64,000 bases of DNA from Candidatus Methylomirabilia bacterium (GTDB taxonomy: Bacteria > Methylomirabilota > Methylomirabilia > Rokubacteriales > CSP1-6), in the NCBI GenBank assembly GCA_041497895.1, contig JBGQHJ010000003.1, forward strand, positions 13,012 to 77,011, read 5' to 3'. The notes beneath the pieces are model-generated. The model saw only the letters and a program-made list of their open reading frames with translations. It ran no database searches and had not been told where the DNA came from. Numbering within the stretch: the stretch's first letter is position 1; each line of letters starts with the position of its first letter. This document shows, one piece after another, positions 10,427-19,296 of this stretch. Made by a program: the position numbers and the translations under genes.

Positions 10427-10428
10427 GC

Positions 10429-11220
10429 ATGGCTTCCGAGCGATCGTCCCGGCGCTTCTTCTTCGGCGGCGCGGCGCTGCTCTTCGCCGCCAGCGCCGCG
10501 CTGACGATCACCTGGTGCGAGTCCATGTCGGCGATGGGCGGGATGCCGATGCCCGGCGGCTGGACCATGTCGATGGCGTGGATGCGGATGCCCGGACAGA
10601 CGTGGCCCGGCGCCGCGGCGTCGTTCCTCGGTATGTGGGTCGTGATGATGGTGGCGATGATGCTGCCATCCCTGGTCCCCATGCTGTGGCGCTACCGCCA
10701 GGCCGTCGGCAGCGCCGGCGAGGCGCGCCGGGCTCGGCCGACCGCGCTCGTGGGGGTCGGGTACTTCTCCGTGTGGGCCGTGTTCGGAATGGCCACGTTC
10801 CCGCTCGGCATCGCGTTGGCGGCGGTCGAGATGCGGCAGCCGGCGCTGGCGCGCGCCGTTCCGATCGCGGTCGGCGGGGTCGTCCTGATCGCCGGCGCGC
10901 TCCAGTTCACCGAGTGGAAGGCGCGTCACCTTGCCTGCTGCCGGGCGGCACCCGAACCCGGCGGTACGCGGCCGGCCGACGCCGGCACGGCCTGGCGACA
11001 CGGCCTGCGCCTCGGTCTCCACTGCAGCTACTGCTGCGGCGGTCTGATGGCGATTCTCCTGGTCATCGGGGTCATGGACCTTCGCGCGATGGCGGTCGTG
11101 GGGGCCGCCATCACCGTCGAACGTCTCGCCCCGGCTGGTGAGCGCGTCGCGCGAGCCATCGGCGCCGTCGTCGTCGGGGCAGGGTTCTTTCTGATCGCAC
11201 GAGCAGCCGGGCTCGGCTGA
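10429..11220 (+). CDS. DUF2182 family metal-binding integral membrane protein
   Basis: Internal Met of ORF 10393..11220. MSAMGGMPMPGGWTMSMAWMRMPGQTW, Cys clusters HLACC and HCSYCCG. Starts 2 nt after the DUF899 stop codon. Confidence 0.7.
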   Translation: MASERSSRRFFFGGAALLFAASAALTITWCESMSAMGGMPMPGGWTMSMAWMRMPGQTWPGAAASFLGMWVVMMVAMMLPSLVPMLWRYRQAVGSAGEARRARPTALVGVGYFSVWAVFGMATFPLGIALAAVEMRQPALARAVPIAVGGVVLIAGALQFTEWKARHLACCRAAPEPGGTRPADAGTAWRHGLRLGLHCSYCCGGLMAILLVIGVMDLRAMAVVGAAITVERLAPAGERVARAIGAVVVGAGFFLIARAAGLG

Positions 11221-11283
11221 CGCATCCGCATCGTAGATATCGGTCGCTACGCGCGCGACGAGGAGTGAAGGCCGCGGGCGCGG

Positions 11284-12858
11284 CTATCGTAGCTTGTAGC
11301 GTTGGATCTTGCCGGTCGCCGTCTTGGGAAGCGCGTCATCGAACTCTATCCACCGCGGATACTGGTAGGGCGCGATGGTGCTCTTGACGTGCGCCTTCAG
11401 CTCCTCGGCCAGGCGATCGGCCGCTTGGAAGCCGTCGCGCAACACGACGAAGGCCTTCGGCTTGATGAGTCCGTCGCTATCCTCCTGTCCCACGACGGCG
11501 GCCTCCAGCACCGCGGGATGGCTTACCAGTGCCGCCTCGACCTCGGCCGGCGAGACCCAGTGCCCGCTCACCCGCAGGAGATCGTCGGCGCGTCCTATGT
11601 ACCAGTAGTAGCCGTCGACGTCCTGACGGTACTTGTCTCCGGTGTGGTACCACTCGCCCTGCAGAACCCGTCTCGTGACGTCCTGTCGGTGCCAGTAGCC
11701 CGCGAAGACGCTGCCGCCGCTGACGAGCAGATTGCCGATCTCGCCCTCCGGCACGTCGGCGCCACTGTCGTCCACCAAGCGGATCCGGTAGCCGGGCACC
11801 GCCCGGCCCGAGCTCCCCGGGCGCGCCTCGCCGGCGCGATTGCTGATGAAGATGTGCAGCGCTTCCGTCGTTCCGATTCCGTCGAGGATCTCGACCCGGA
11901 ACCGTTCGCGCCAGCGGCGGTAGAGGTCGGCGGCCAGCGGCTCGGCGGCGGCGAAGCACACGCGGACGCTGGAGAGGTCCGCCGGCTCCCCCCGCGATGC
12001 CGCCTGGAGCATCTGGGCATACAGGGTCGGCACGCCGACGAAGACGGTGGCGCGGTGCTCGCGGACGAGATGGAACATTCGGGCGGGGGTGCTGCGCTCC
12101 GCGTTCAGCACAACGGTCGCACCCGCCTTCAGGGCGAAGTAGGTAGTGAATCCGAGCGGGTAGGCGTGGAAGCACGGACTGCCGCACACGATGACGTCAC
12201 CAGGGCGCAGCTCGACGAACGGTGCCGCGTAGAGGCGCTCGCTGTGCAGCATATCTCGCTGCAGGTGCACGGCCCACTTTGGTCTTCCCGTGCTGCCCGA
12301 TGTATGGAGCCAGAAGGCGGCGTCTTCGCTCGTGGTCGGCGCCGCCTCCAGGTCGGCCGGCGCCTCGTGCACGAGCGTGCCGAAGTCGTGCTCCCCGGGC
12401 TGCGACGCCCCGCCGCCGACGATGAGCACGTGTCGCAGGAAGGGCCACCGGCCGCGGCGCTCACGAAGTGGCCCCCACAACGCCGCCGTGGTGACGATGG
12501 CGCGAGCCCGGCTGTCGGCCAGCAAGAAGGTCTGCTCATCTGGGGTGACCGCGAAGCTCATCGGGGTCGGCACCGCACCGATCTTGATGGCGCCGAAGAA
12601 CGAGGTCACGAACTCCAGACGGTTGGGCAGCAGGATCGCGACACGGTGCTCGAGCTCGACGCCCAACGCGGCCAGCGCGTTGCCCGCCTGGTTCACCCCC
12701 CTCTGCAGCTCGGCATATGTGACCTGTTGGCTCTCGTGGATGTACGCAACCCGATCACCGTGCCCTGCCGCGACGGCTCCATCGACGTACTCGACGGCGA
12801 CGTTCAACACCTCCGGCACATCGACCTCCGGAAGAGTGGTCGTCGGGTTTCCGCTCAT
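11284..12858 (-). CDS. benzoate-CoA ligase family AMP-dependent synthetase
   Basis: AMP-binding motif HTSGSTGRPK, YHTGDKY, GRADDLLRVSGHWVSP, C-terminal PKTATGKIQR. AGGAGAGGG RBS. Confidence 0.85.
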   Translation of the reverse strand: MSGNPTTTLPEVDVPEVLNVAVEYVDGAVAAGHGDRVAYIHESQQVTYAELQRGVNQAGNALAALGVELEHRVAILLPNRLEFVTSFFGAIKIGAVPTPMSFAVTPDEQTFLLADSRARAIVTTAALWGPLRERRGRWPFLRHVLIVGGGASQPGEHDFGTLVHEAPADLEAAPTTSEDAAFWLHTSGSTGRPKWAVHLQRDMLHSERLYAAPFVELRPGDVIVCGSPCFHAYPLGFTTYFALKAGATVVLNAERSTPARMFHLVREHRATVFVGVPTLYAQMLQAASRGEPADLSSVRVCFAAAEPLAADLYRRWRERFRVEILDGIGTTEALHIFISNRAGEARPGSSGRAVPGYRIRLVDDSGADVPEGEIGNLLVSGGSVFAGYWHRQDVTRRVLQGEWYHTGDKYRQDVDGYYWYIGRADDLLRVSGHWVSPAEVEAALVSHPAVLEAAVVGQEDSDGLIKPKAFVVLRDGFQAADRLAEELKAHVKSTIAPYQYPRWIEFDDALPKTATGKIQRYKLR

Positions 12859-12926
12859 GCGTGTTCCCTCTCCTGTCGATCACCGGCCCCGCCGACCGTC
12901 ATGGCGTGGACCATACGTCCGGCTGG

Positions 12927-14483
12927 CTACCGCGCCAGCCACGCGTTCCAGAAGTAGAGGAAGGGCCCCGGCTTGAACCCGCGCAGCTCCTTGCGCGTCG
13001 CCTGCAGCGTATAGTAGTCGCCGAGCTTGATGCGTCCCACGTCCTCGTAGAAGATCGCCTGCACCCGCTCGATCAGCGCGCGCCGCTTCTTCGGATCGGT
13101 CTCGCGCGTCATCTCGGCCAGCAGCCGGTCCTTCTCCTCGTGGCACCACCAGCCCGGCCAGTTGCACTGCACCGACGAGGACAGCGCCGGGTCCGGGCTC
13201 AGGGTGAAGCCGGTGGAGAAGACGTCGAACAGCTCGGGCTTGTTGCGCCGCTGCACCAGGGTGGCCCAGTCCACCACCTGCAGGTCGACGACGAATCCCA
13301 CCTCCTCCATCTGCTGCTTGGCCACCACCGCGGTGTTGTACATCCACTCGTACTCCTTGGTGGTGATCCATCGCACCGGCTGTCCGGAGTAGCCCGCCTC
13401 CTTGAGGAGCGCACGGGCGCGGTCCTTGCTCTTCAGGTTGTATGCGGTGACGCCGGCGGTGGAGTAGAAGGCGGGCTGCTCCGGATAGAAGAGCGCACCC
13501 GAGAGCCGGTAGAACTCCTTGTTGCCGATGCCGGCCGCCATGATCGGCTCCATGTCGAGCACCGCCTGGAGTGCCTGGCGGACCTTCTTGTTGGCCATCA
13601 CGCCCTGCTTGTGATTGGGCACCGCGGTGATCCAGCCGTACGGCTTCACCGCCGCGGCCGAGACGTCGCCGCGGCTCTTGATCCCGTCGTACTTGTCCTG
13701 GTTGATGCTGTTGGCGAAGTGGTACTCGCCGGTCTCCACCCCCGCGAGGCGCACCGCCACGTCCGGCACCGGAATGAAGAGGATCTCGTCCGCGTAGGCG
13801 GTCCGCCGGCCCCCGTAGCCGTTGGGCGCTTCGCTCCGCGCCGCGTACTCCTTGAAGCGCGCCACCTTGATGTGGCGGTCGGGCCGGTGCTCGACGAAGC
13901 GATAGGGGCCGGTGCCGATGAACTCCTTGATCTGCCCATCGCCGGCGGCCGCGATCACTTCCTTGGGATGGATCACGCCGCCGTTGTTGGGGCTGGCCAG
14001 CGCGTAGAGGAGCGAGCCCGACGGCTCCTTCAGGTGGATCACCACCGTGTACGGGTCCTTCGCCTCGACCGCCTCGACCGCCCGCCACACCGCCTTGCCG
14101 GTGGTGGCCACCTTGCCCCAGCGGTTGAGCGAGGCCGCCACGTCGGCCGAGGTCATCTCCTTGCCGTTGTGGAAGCGGACGCCCTTGCGCAGGACGATGG
14201 TGTACCGCCGGCCGTCGTTGGTCATGGTGTACGACTCGGCCAGCATCGGGATCGGCGCGTAGCCCGCGTCGTACGTGAAGAGGCCCTCGTAGATGTGGAA
14301 GGTGATCTCCTGCGTGATGACCGCGGTGGTCCAGTGCAGGTCGAGCGTCGGCGGCTCGCCGATCATCGCCGCCTTCAGGACGCCGCCGGCCCGGGGCGTC
14401 TCCTGCGCCGACACCGAGATCGCCTGAGCCGTCACCAGCACCGCCGCCGATACCAGGAGCGCGAGCACGCGTCGAGTGATCAT
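12927..14483 (-). CDS. ABC transporter substrate-binding protein, family 5 (peptide/nickel/opine type)
   Basis: 518-aa ORF with a signal peptide (MITRRVLALLVSAAVLVTAQA) and family-5 SBP-like length and sequence. Confidence 0.8.
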   Translation of the reverse strand: MITRRVLALLVSAAVLVTAQAISVSAQETPRAGGVLKAAMIGEPPTLDLHWTTAVITQEITFHIYEGLFTYDAGYAPIPMLAESYTMTNDGRRYTIVLRKGVRFHNGKEMTSADVAASLNRWGKVATTGKAVWRAVEAVEAKDPYTVVIHLKEPSGSLLYALASPNNGGVIHPKEVIAAAGDGQIKEFIGTGPYRFVEHRPDRHIKVARFKEYAARSEAPNGYGGRRTAYADEILFIPVPDVAVRLAGVETGEYHFANSINQDKYDGIKSRGDVSAAAVKPYGWITAVPNHKQGVMANKKVRQALQAVLDMEPIMAAGIGNKEFYRLSGALFYPEQPAFYSTAGVTAYNLKSKDRARALLKEAGYSGQPVRWITTKEYEWMYNTAVVAKQQMEEVGFVVDLQVVDWATLVQRRNKPELFDVFSTGFTLSPDPALSSSVQCNWPGWWCHEEKDRLLAEMTRETDPKKRRALIERVQAIFYEDVGRIKLGDYYTLQATRKELRGFKPGPFLYFWNAWLAR

Positions 14484-14489
14484 GCGGGC

Positions 14490-14495
14490 ACTATC
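14490..14495 (-). promoter_or_regulatory. putative -10 box GATAGT, 6 nt upstream of ATG 14483
   Basis: Minus strand reads ggcGATAGTgcccgcATG with no SD. Confidence 0.3.
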
Positions 14496-14525
14496 GCCGA
14501 ACTTGCCCGCCCGGTCCAGGGCCGT

Positions 14526-14531
14526 GATACT
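14526..14531 (+). promoter_or_regulatory. putative -10 box GATACT, 8 nt upstream of ATG 14540, with TTGCCC 17 nt upstream
   Basis: TTGCCC(14503-14508), 17-nt spacer, GATACT, ggcctccc, ATG. Confidence 0.35.
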
Positions 14532-14539
14532 GGCCTCCC

Positions 14540-15760
14540 ATGGTCGACGCGAGTCCAGCGGTCCTGGCGTCGAATGCCCTCACCGCCCGATGGGTCGAGG
14601 TGGCGGGCCGGCACCGAGGAGACTTCGCGGTCTCGGGCGCCGCGGTCTGGCCGCTTCTGGCCGCGCTCGCCGGCGGGGCGGCGGGGAAGGCCCGCGCCGA
14701 GCTCGAGCACGCGATCGGCATGCCGGTCGACGGCGCGATGGCGGGCGCCGGCGACGTGATCGCCGCGATCGATCGCGCCGCCGGCGCGCGGGGAGCGATC
14801 GGTCTTTGGGTGCGCGAGAACTTTCCGCTCCGCGCGGACTGGGCGTCCGCGCTTCCGGCAAGCGCCCGGGGACTGCTCCTCGGCCCGCCCGAGCAAGATC
14901 AGGCAATCCTCGATGCCTGGGTGAAGGAGCGGACCCTCGGGATCCTCGATCGTCTGCCGACCCGGATCGACGACGCCACGTTGCTGGTGCTCGCGGGCTG
15001 CCTGGCCATCCGCACCCGCTGGGAGACGCCGTTCGAGACCTGCGATTCTCCCGACCCCGTCCCGGCCGGCCCATGGGCGGGGCGCATCCTCCACGCGCTC
15101 ACCGCCAGCTTCGAGGACCTCGACCGGATCACGGTCCTGGACACTCGGGCGGGAGCGCTGACGATCTTCGATTCACTGGGCGCGGACGACGTCGACGTCC
15201 ATCTGGTCATCGGCCCGGAGCAAAGCCCCCCCGGCGCGGTCCTCAGCGAGGGCATCGCCGCGCTGGCCGGAGAGCGGCCGTGGCGCGGCGGAGGCGAGCT
15301 CCGCCCCGGGGAGACCGCCCCCGGACTCATCGTCGAGGAGGAGCAGCGCGCCAATCCCGATCCTCCCGCCATCGAGATCCAGACCGTCGCGTTCGAGGTG
15401 ACGGCCGACCACGATCTGAATGACGAGGCAGACCTCTTTGGCTTGAGCGCCGCAGCGGACCTCAGCCAGCGCCCGTTCCCCGGCATCAGCGACCGGCCCC
15501 TCGCGGTTCAGCAGGCGAGGCAATCCGTGAAAGCCGCGTTCGGCGCCGTGGACTTCGAGGCGGCCGCCATCACGAGCATCGCCTTGTGGGGCATGGCGCT
15601 CGCTCCTCCTCCATCTCGGCACACGGTGCGCGTGATCCGCGTGACGTTCGACCGGCCGTTCGGCTTCGTCGCCGTCGACCGCACGAGCCGGCTCGTGCTC
15701 GTGGCGGGCTGGGTCGAGAACCCGATGCGGCACCCGTACGCCGAGGAGCCCGAGAACTGA
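14540..15760 (+). CDS. serpin family protein (no signal peptide)
   Basis: N-terminal FAVSGAAVWPLLAALAGGAAGKARAEL, central LVLAGCLAIRTRWETPF, hinge-like FEAAAITS, C-terminal FDRPFGFVAVDR (serpin signature-like). Confidence 0.7.
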   Translation: MVDASPAVLASNALTARWVEVAGRHRGDFAVSGAAVWPLLAALAGGAAGKARAELEHAIGMPVDGAMAGAGDVIAAIDRAAGARGAIGLWVRENFPLRADWASALPASARGLLLGPPEQDQAILDAWVKERTLGILDRLPTRIDDATLLVLAGCLAIRTRWETPFETCDSPDPVPAGPWAGRILHALTASFEDLDRITVLDTRAGALTIFDSLGADDVDVHLVIGPEQSPPGAVLSEGIAALAGERPWRGGGELRPGETAPGLIVEEEQRANPDPPAIEIQTVAFEVTADHDLNDEADLFGLSAAADLSQRPFPGISDRPLAVQQARQSVKAAFGAVDFEAAAITSIALWGMALAPPPSRHTVRVIRVTFDRPFGFVAVDRTSRLVLVAGWVENPMRHPYAEEPEN

Positions 15761-15824
15761 GGCCGGGCGCGGGCGGGCCGAGTTACACTACCGGCCTCGG
15801 CCCCGAGGGCCAGGAGGAGCGATC

Positions 15825-16346
15825 ATGAGCCAGACCGCCAGCCCCACCGCCAATGAGGCCGACCGCGCGCGCGGCCGCGCCGTCGTCGTGCAGCCGGAGG
15901 ACGGCCCCTCGTACTGGCAGCCCGTCCCCGCCAACGGCCACGCCGATCCGAAGCTCTACCCGGCGCGCACCGGCTTCGCGGGCCACGCCATGGGCTTCCA
16001 GACCATCGCCCCCGGCAGCCGCGTGCGCGAGCACTCGCACGGCGACCAGGTCGAGCTGCAGATCTGCTTCCGGGGCCGCGGGCGCGCGGTGGTCGACGGC
16101 GTGAGCCACCCGCTCGTGCCCGGCACCTCCTGCTTCCTGGGCTACGACGTCAAGCACGAGCTGATCAACGAGAACCCGGACGAGGACCTGGTGATGCTGT
16201 GGGTGATCACCCCACCCGGCCTCGAGGACTTCTTCCAGGCCATCGGCCGCCCGCGGGAGCCCGGCGCGCCCGCTCCCGCGCCGTTCGAGCGGCCGCAGGA
16301 CGTGATCGCGATCGAGCGTCGCATGGGCATGAACGACACGAAGTAG
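15825..16346 (+). CDS. cupin domain protein
   Basis: AGGAGG RBS. Cupin motifs G.RV.EHSHGDQVE and HELINE. Confidence 0.65.
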   Translation: MSQTASPTANEADRARGRAVVVQPEDGPSYWQPVPANGHADPKLYPARTGFAGHAMGFQTIAPGSRVREHSHGDQVELQICFRGRGRAVVDGVSHPLVPGTSCFLGYDVKHELINENPDEDLVMLWVITPPGLEDFFQAIGRPREPGAPAPAPFERPQDVIAIERRMGMNDTK

Positions 16347-16358
16347 CGGGCCCGGGCC

Positions 16359-17162
16359 ATGCCGCACGTCTCGATCGGCGACGCCGACATCTACTACGAG
16401 GAGCAGGGCCAGGGACCCGCGCTGATGCTGGTCCCCGGGCTGGGCGGCCAGGGCGCGTTCTGGGGTCCGCAGGCGCGCGACTTCGCCCGCGACTTCCGTG
16501 TGATCGTCCACGATCACCGCGGGGCCGGCCGCAGCACCCACTCGCGCATCAAGTACTCGGTGGATCAGATGGCGGCCGACACCGTCGCACTCATGGACCG
16601 CCTGGGCGTCGAGCGCGCGCACTACGTCGGGCACTCCACCGGCGGGGCCATGGGCCAGACCATCGCGCAGGATCACCCGGGCCGGCTGCGGAGCCTGGTG
16701 CTGAGCGCCACCTGGCCCGGCCAGGACGCCTACTTCCGCCGCTGCTTCGAGACGCGCAAGGAGCTCCTGCTCCACCGCGGCTTCGAGAGCTACTGGCGGG
16801 CCTCGGTGGTCATGCTGCGCCCGCCGCGGTGGATCAGCGAGAACGACGCCGCGCTGGTCGAGGAGATGAAGCGCCTGGCCGCCGCCCCGCCGCCCGCCGA
16901 GGTGCTGGCCAGCCGTATCGACGCCATCGTGGCGTTCGACCGCCGCGCCCGCCTGGGCGAGATCCGCTGTCCCACCCTGGTGGTGGTGGCCGCGGACGAC
17001 ACCCTGACGCCGCCGTTCTACTCCGAGGAGCTGGCCACCCGGATCCGCGGCGCCAAGCTGGCGGTCCTGCCGACCGGCGGCCACTTCGCCCCCACTCTCG
17101 TGCCCGAGGAGTACAACCGGGTGGTGGGAGACTTCCTCCGCTCCCACCGCGACCGCGCGTAG
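16359..17162 (+). CDS. alpha/beta hydrolase, RutD / 3-oxoadipate enol-lactonase-like
   Basis: LVPGLGG, nucleophile elbow GHSTGG, CPTLVVVAADD, GGH. Overall resemblance to RutD. Confidence 0.8.
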   Translation: MPHVSIGDADIYYEEQGQGPALMLVPGLGGQGAFWGPQARDFARDFRVIVHDHRGAGRSTHSRIKYSVDQMAADTVALMDRLGVERAHYVGHSTGGAMGQTIAQDHPGRLRSLVLSATWPGQDAYFRRCFETRKELLLHRGFESYWRASVVMLRPPRWISENDAALVEEMKRLAAAPPPAEVLASRIDAIVAFDRRARLGEIRCPTLVVVAADDTLTPPFYSEELATRIRGAKLAVLPTGGHFAPTLVPEEYNRVVGDFLRSHRDRA

Positions 17163-17172
17163 CCGGCCGCGC

Positions 17173-17523
17173 ATGGATCCGATCAACCTCGCGGCCAAGC
17201 TCGCCACGTTCGCGGACCACTGGCAGCCCCGGACCGTCGCGCGCTTCAACGACTGCGACGTCATGGTCGTCAAGGCCCAGGGCGAGTTCGTCTGGCACGA
17301 GCACGACGACACCGACGACTTCTTCCTCGTGCTCGCGGGCCACCTCACCATCGAGCTGCGCGACCGGAGCGTGCGCCTGGGCCCGGGCGAGCTCTTCGTC
17401 GTGCCTCGCGGGGTCGAGCACCGGCCGGTCGCCACCGAGGAGGTGCACCTGCTCCTCATCGAGCCGTCCGGCACGCCCAATACCGGCGACGCGGCCACCG
17501 CGGCGCCGCGTCGGGTCGTCTAG
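17173..17523 (+). CDS. cupin domain protein
   Basis: 116 aa. FVWHEHDDTDDFFLVLAGHLTIEL and VVPRGVEHRP. Confidence 0.7.
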   Translation: MDPINLAAKLATFADHWQPRTVARFNDCDVMVVKAQGEFVWHEHDDTDDFFLVLAGHLTIELRDRSVRLGPGELFVVPRGVEHRPVATEEVHLLLIEPSGTPNTGDAATAAPRRVV

Positions 17524-17530
17524 CCGCGCC

Positions 17531-18082
17531 GTGCTGCGCGTCGGTGCGGTCCTCGCGCTCGCCGCGGTCATCGGGCTGACCGCGCGTGTCCAGGTCGTGA
17601 GCGCCCTCGACTGCGAGCCGGCCGGCCGGGCCCTCGCCGTTCGCGCGAGCATCGCGGGCACGGATCGCCTCACCGTGTCGTACGCGGTCGTCAACCGGAC
17701 CGGCGCGGGCGTGAGCTGGATCAGCATCGGCTCGGGCGAGCGGGAGCGAACACGGCTGGTGCCGCCGCAGACTCCCGCCGTCCTGGGTGCGCCACCGGGC
17801 TGGCGAGGGATGGTGGTGTATCCGGAGGAGTCGTCCTTCGTGCACCTCTGGTGGGAAACCGACGACCCCGCGGCGGCGCTCGCGACCGGCGGAGCGACGA
17901 GCGGCTTCGTGGTGAGCGTGGCGGGCCCGGCGGCCGTCGCGCCCGGCCTCCGCGACGCAGAGGGACGCGCGGTCCGGCCGATCGATTTCGGCTCGCTGCC
18001 CTTCATCGCGGGCGGAGGGCCCCGGTGCTGGTGGGGTAGAGTCGAGCCTGCGGCCCCGCCCGGCCACCCTGGCACCCAATGA
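17531..18082 (+). CDS. exported hypothetical protein
   Basis: GTG start in the frame of track ORF 16199..18082. Hydrophobic N-terminus VLRVGAVLALAAVIGL, very high GC3. ATGA overlap with the downstream methyltransferase. Confidence 0.45.
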   Translation: MLRVGAVLALAAVIGLTARVQVVSALDCEPAGRALAVRASIAGTDRLTVSYAVVNRTGAGVSWISIGSGERERTRLVPPQTPAVLGAPPGWRGMVVYPEESSFVHLWWETDDPAAALATGGATSGFVVSVAGPAAVAPGLRDAEGRAVRPIDFGSLPFIAGGGPRCWWGRVEPAAPPGHPGTQ

Positions 18083-18888
18083 CCATGGCTCCCAATCCCG
18101 TCTCCGACACCTGGGAAAGCGGCGACCCCTACGAGCAGTACGTCGGCCGGTGGAGCCGGCGAGTGGCGCCCGCATTCCTCTCCTGGCTCGCCATCCCCGC
18201 CGGGCGCCGGTGGCTCGACGTCGGGTGCGGTACCGGGGCGCTGTCCGCCGCGATCCTGGATCACTGCGCGCCGTCGTCGCTCACCGCGATCGAGCCCTCG
18301 GCGGGATTTCTCGAGACCGCCCGGCGGCACCTCGCATCTCGCGCGGTCCTGCACGAGGCCAGCGCCACCCAGATCCCGCTGGACGCGGGGGCCGTCGACG
18401 TGGTCGTCTCGGGGCTCGTCCTCAACTTCGTGCCGGACCAGCCCGCCGCGGTGGCCGAGATGGGGAGGGTGACCGCGCGCGGCGGCACGATCGCGGCCTA
18501 CGTCTGGGACTACGCGGGAGGCATGGAGCTCATGCGGCTCTTCTGGGACGGGGCGGTCGCGCTCGACCCGGCCGCCGCCAGGATGGACGAGGGACCACGG
18601 TTCCCGCTCTGTCGCCCCGACACGCTCGCGCAGCTCCTCGCCGCGGCCGGGCTCGGGGGCGTCGAGGTCACCGCCATCGACGTCCCGACGCCCTTCGCGA
18701 GCTTCGAGGACTACTGGCGCCCCTTCCTGGGCGGCCAGGGCCCCGCGCCCGCCTACGCGATGGCCCTCGACGAGGGCGCGAGGACCCGTCTCCGCGACCA
18801 TCTGCGCGAGCGCGTTCCCGCCGCCGCGGACGGCTCGATCCGGCTGACCGCCCGGGCCTGGGCGGCCCGCGGCACCGTCGCGGCGTAG
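18079..18888 (+). CDS. class I SAM-dependent methyltransferase
   Basis: Motif I LDVGCGTGAL, then DVVVSGLVLNFV and GGTIAAYVWD. Confidence 0.8.
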   Translation: MTMAPNPVSDTWESGDPYEQYVGRWSRRVAPAFLSWLAIPAGRRWLDVGCGTGALSAAILDHCAPSSLTAIEPSAGFLETARRHLASRAVLHEASATQIPLDAGAVDVVVSGLVLNFVPDQPAAVAEMGRVTARGGTIAAYVWDYAGGMELMRLFWDGAVALDPAAARMDEGPRFPLCRPDTLAQLLAAAGLGGVEVTAIDVPTPFASFEDYWRPFLGGQGPAPAYAMALDEGARTRLRDHLRERVPAAADGSIRLTARAWAARGTVAA

Positions 18889-18948
18889 CGATGGGCTGGC
18901 TGCGCCGGCTCTTCGGCGGTCCGCAGAGCATGGAGGCGCATACCCTCG

Positions 18949-19221
18949 GTGGTGATCGTGGCCACGCCCAACTCGGGCCAGAGCTACACCGTCGCCGCGA
19001 ACCGGAGCAAGCAGCTGGCCCGCGCCAATCTCGTGATGATGCTGGACCGCAAGGGCGACGCGTTCGCCCACTTCTTCCAGCGCCTCGTCGCGGACATGAA
19101 GTCGGGCACGTCGATGCCCCGCGCCTGGGTCAAGCTCGCGCCCCAGGCGCAGCAGGCGCCGCACGTCGATTGTCCCGACACGATCTTCGCGTGCGAGCTC
19201 GCGCCGCTCGCCTTCTCCTGA
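18949..19221 (+). CDS. hypothetical protein; 5' end uncertain (possible frame switch from ATG 18891)
   Basis: Strong GC3 bias in this frame from 18949. No RBS. See finding. Confidence 0.4.
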   Translation: MVIVATPNSGQSYTVAANRSKQLARANLVMMLDRKGDAFAHFFQRLVADMKSGTSMPRAWVKLAPQAQQAPHVDCPDTIFACELAPLAFS

Positions 19222-19296
19222 TGGCGGGCGCTCCCCCCGACGTATACTGGGCGGCGCACATCATGCTCCACCTCCGACCAGCCGGCCGAGACCGCG

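Noticed and set aside
15783-19164. Two long minus-strand ORFs (15783..17498 and 16834..19164), plus the plus-strand ORF 16199..18082 upstream of 17531
   Set aside because: They are antisense or out of frame relative to cupin, hydrolase and methyltransferase genes that have strong motifs and RBSs. Their compositions are Arg/Pro/Gly-dominated.
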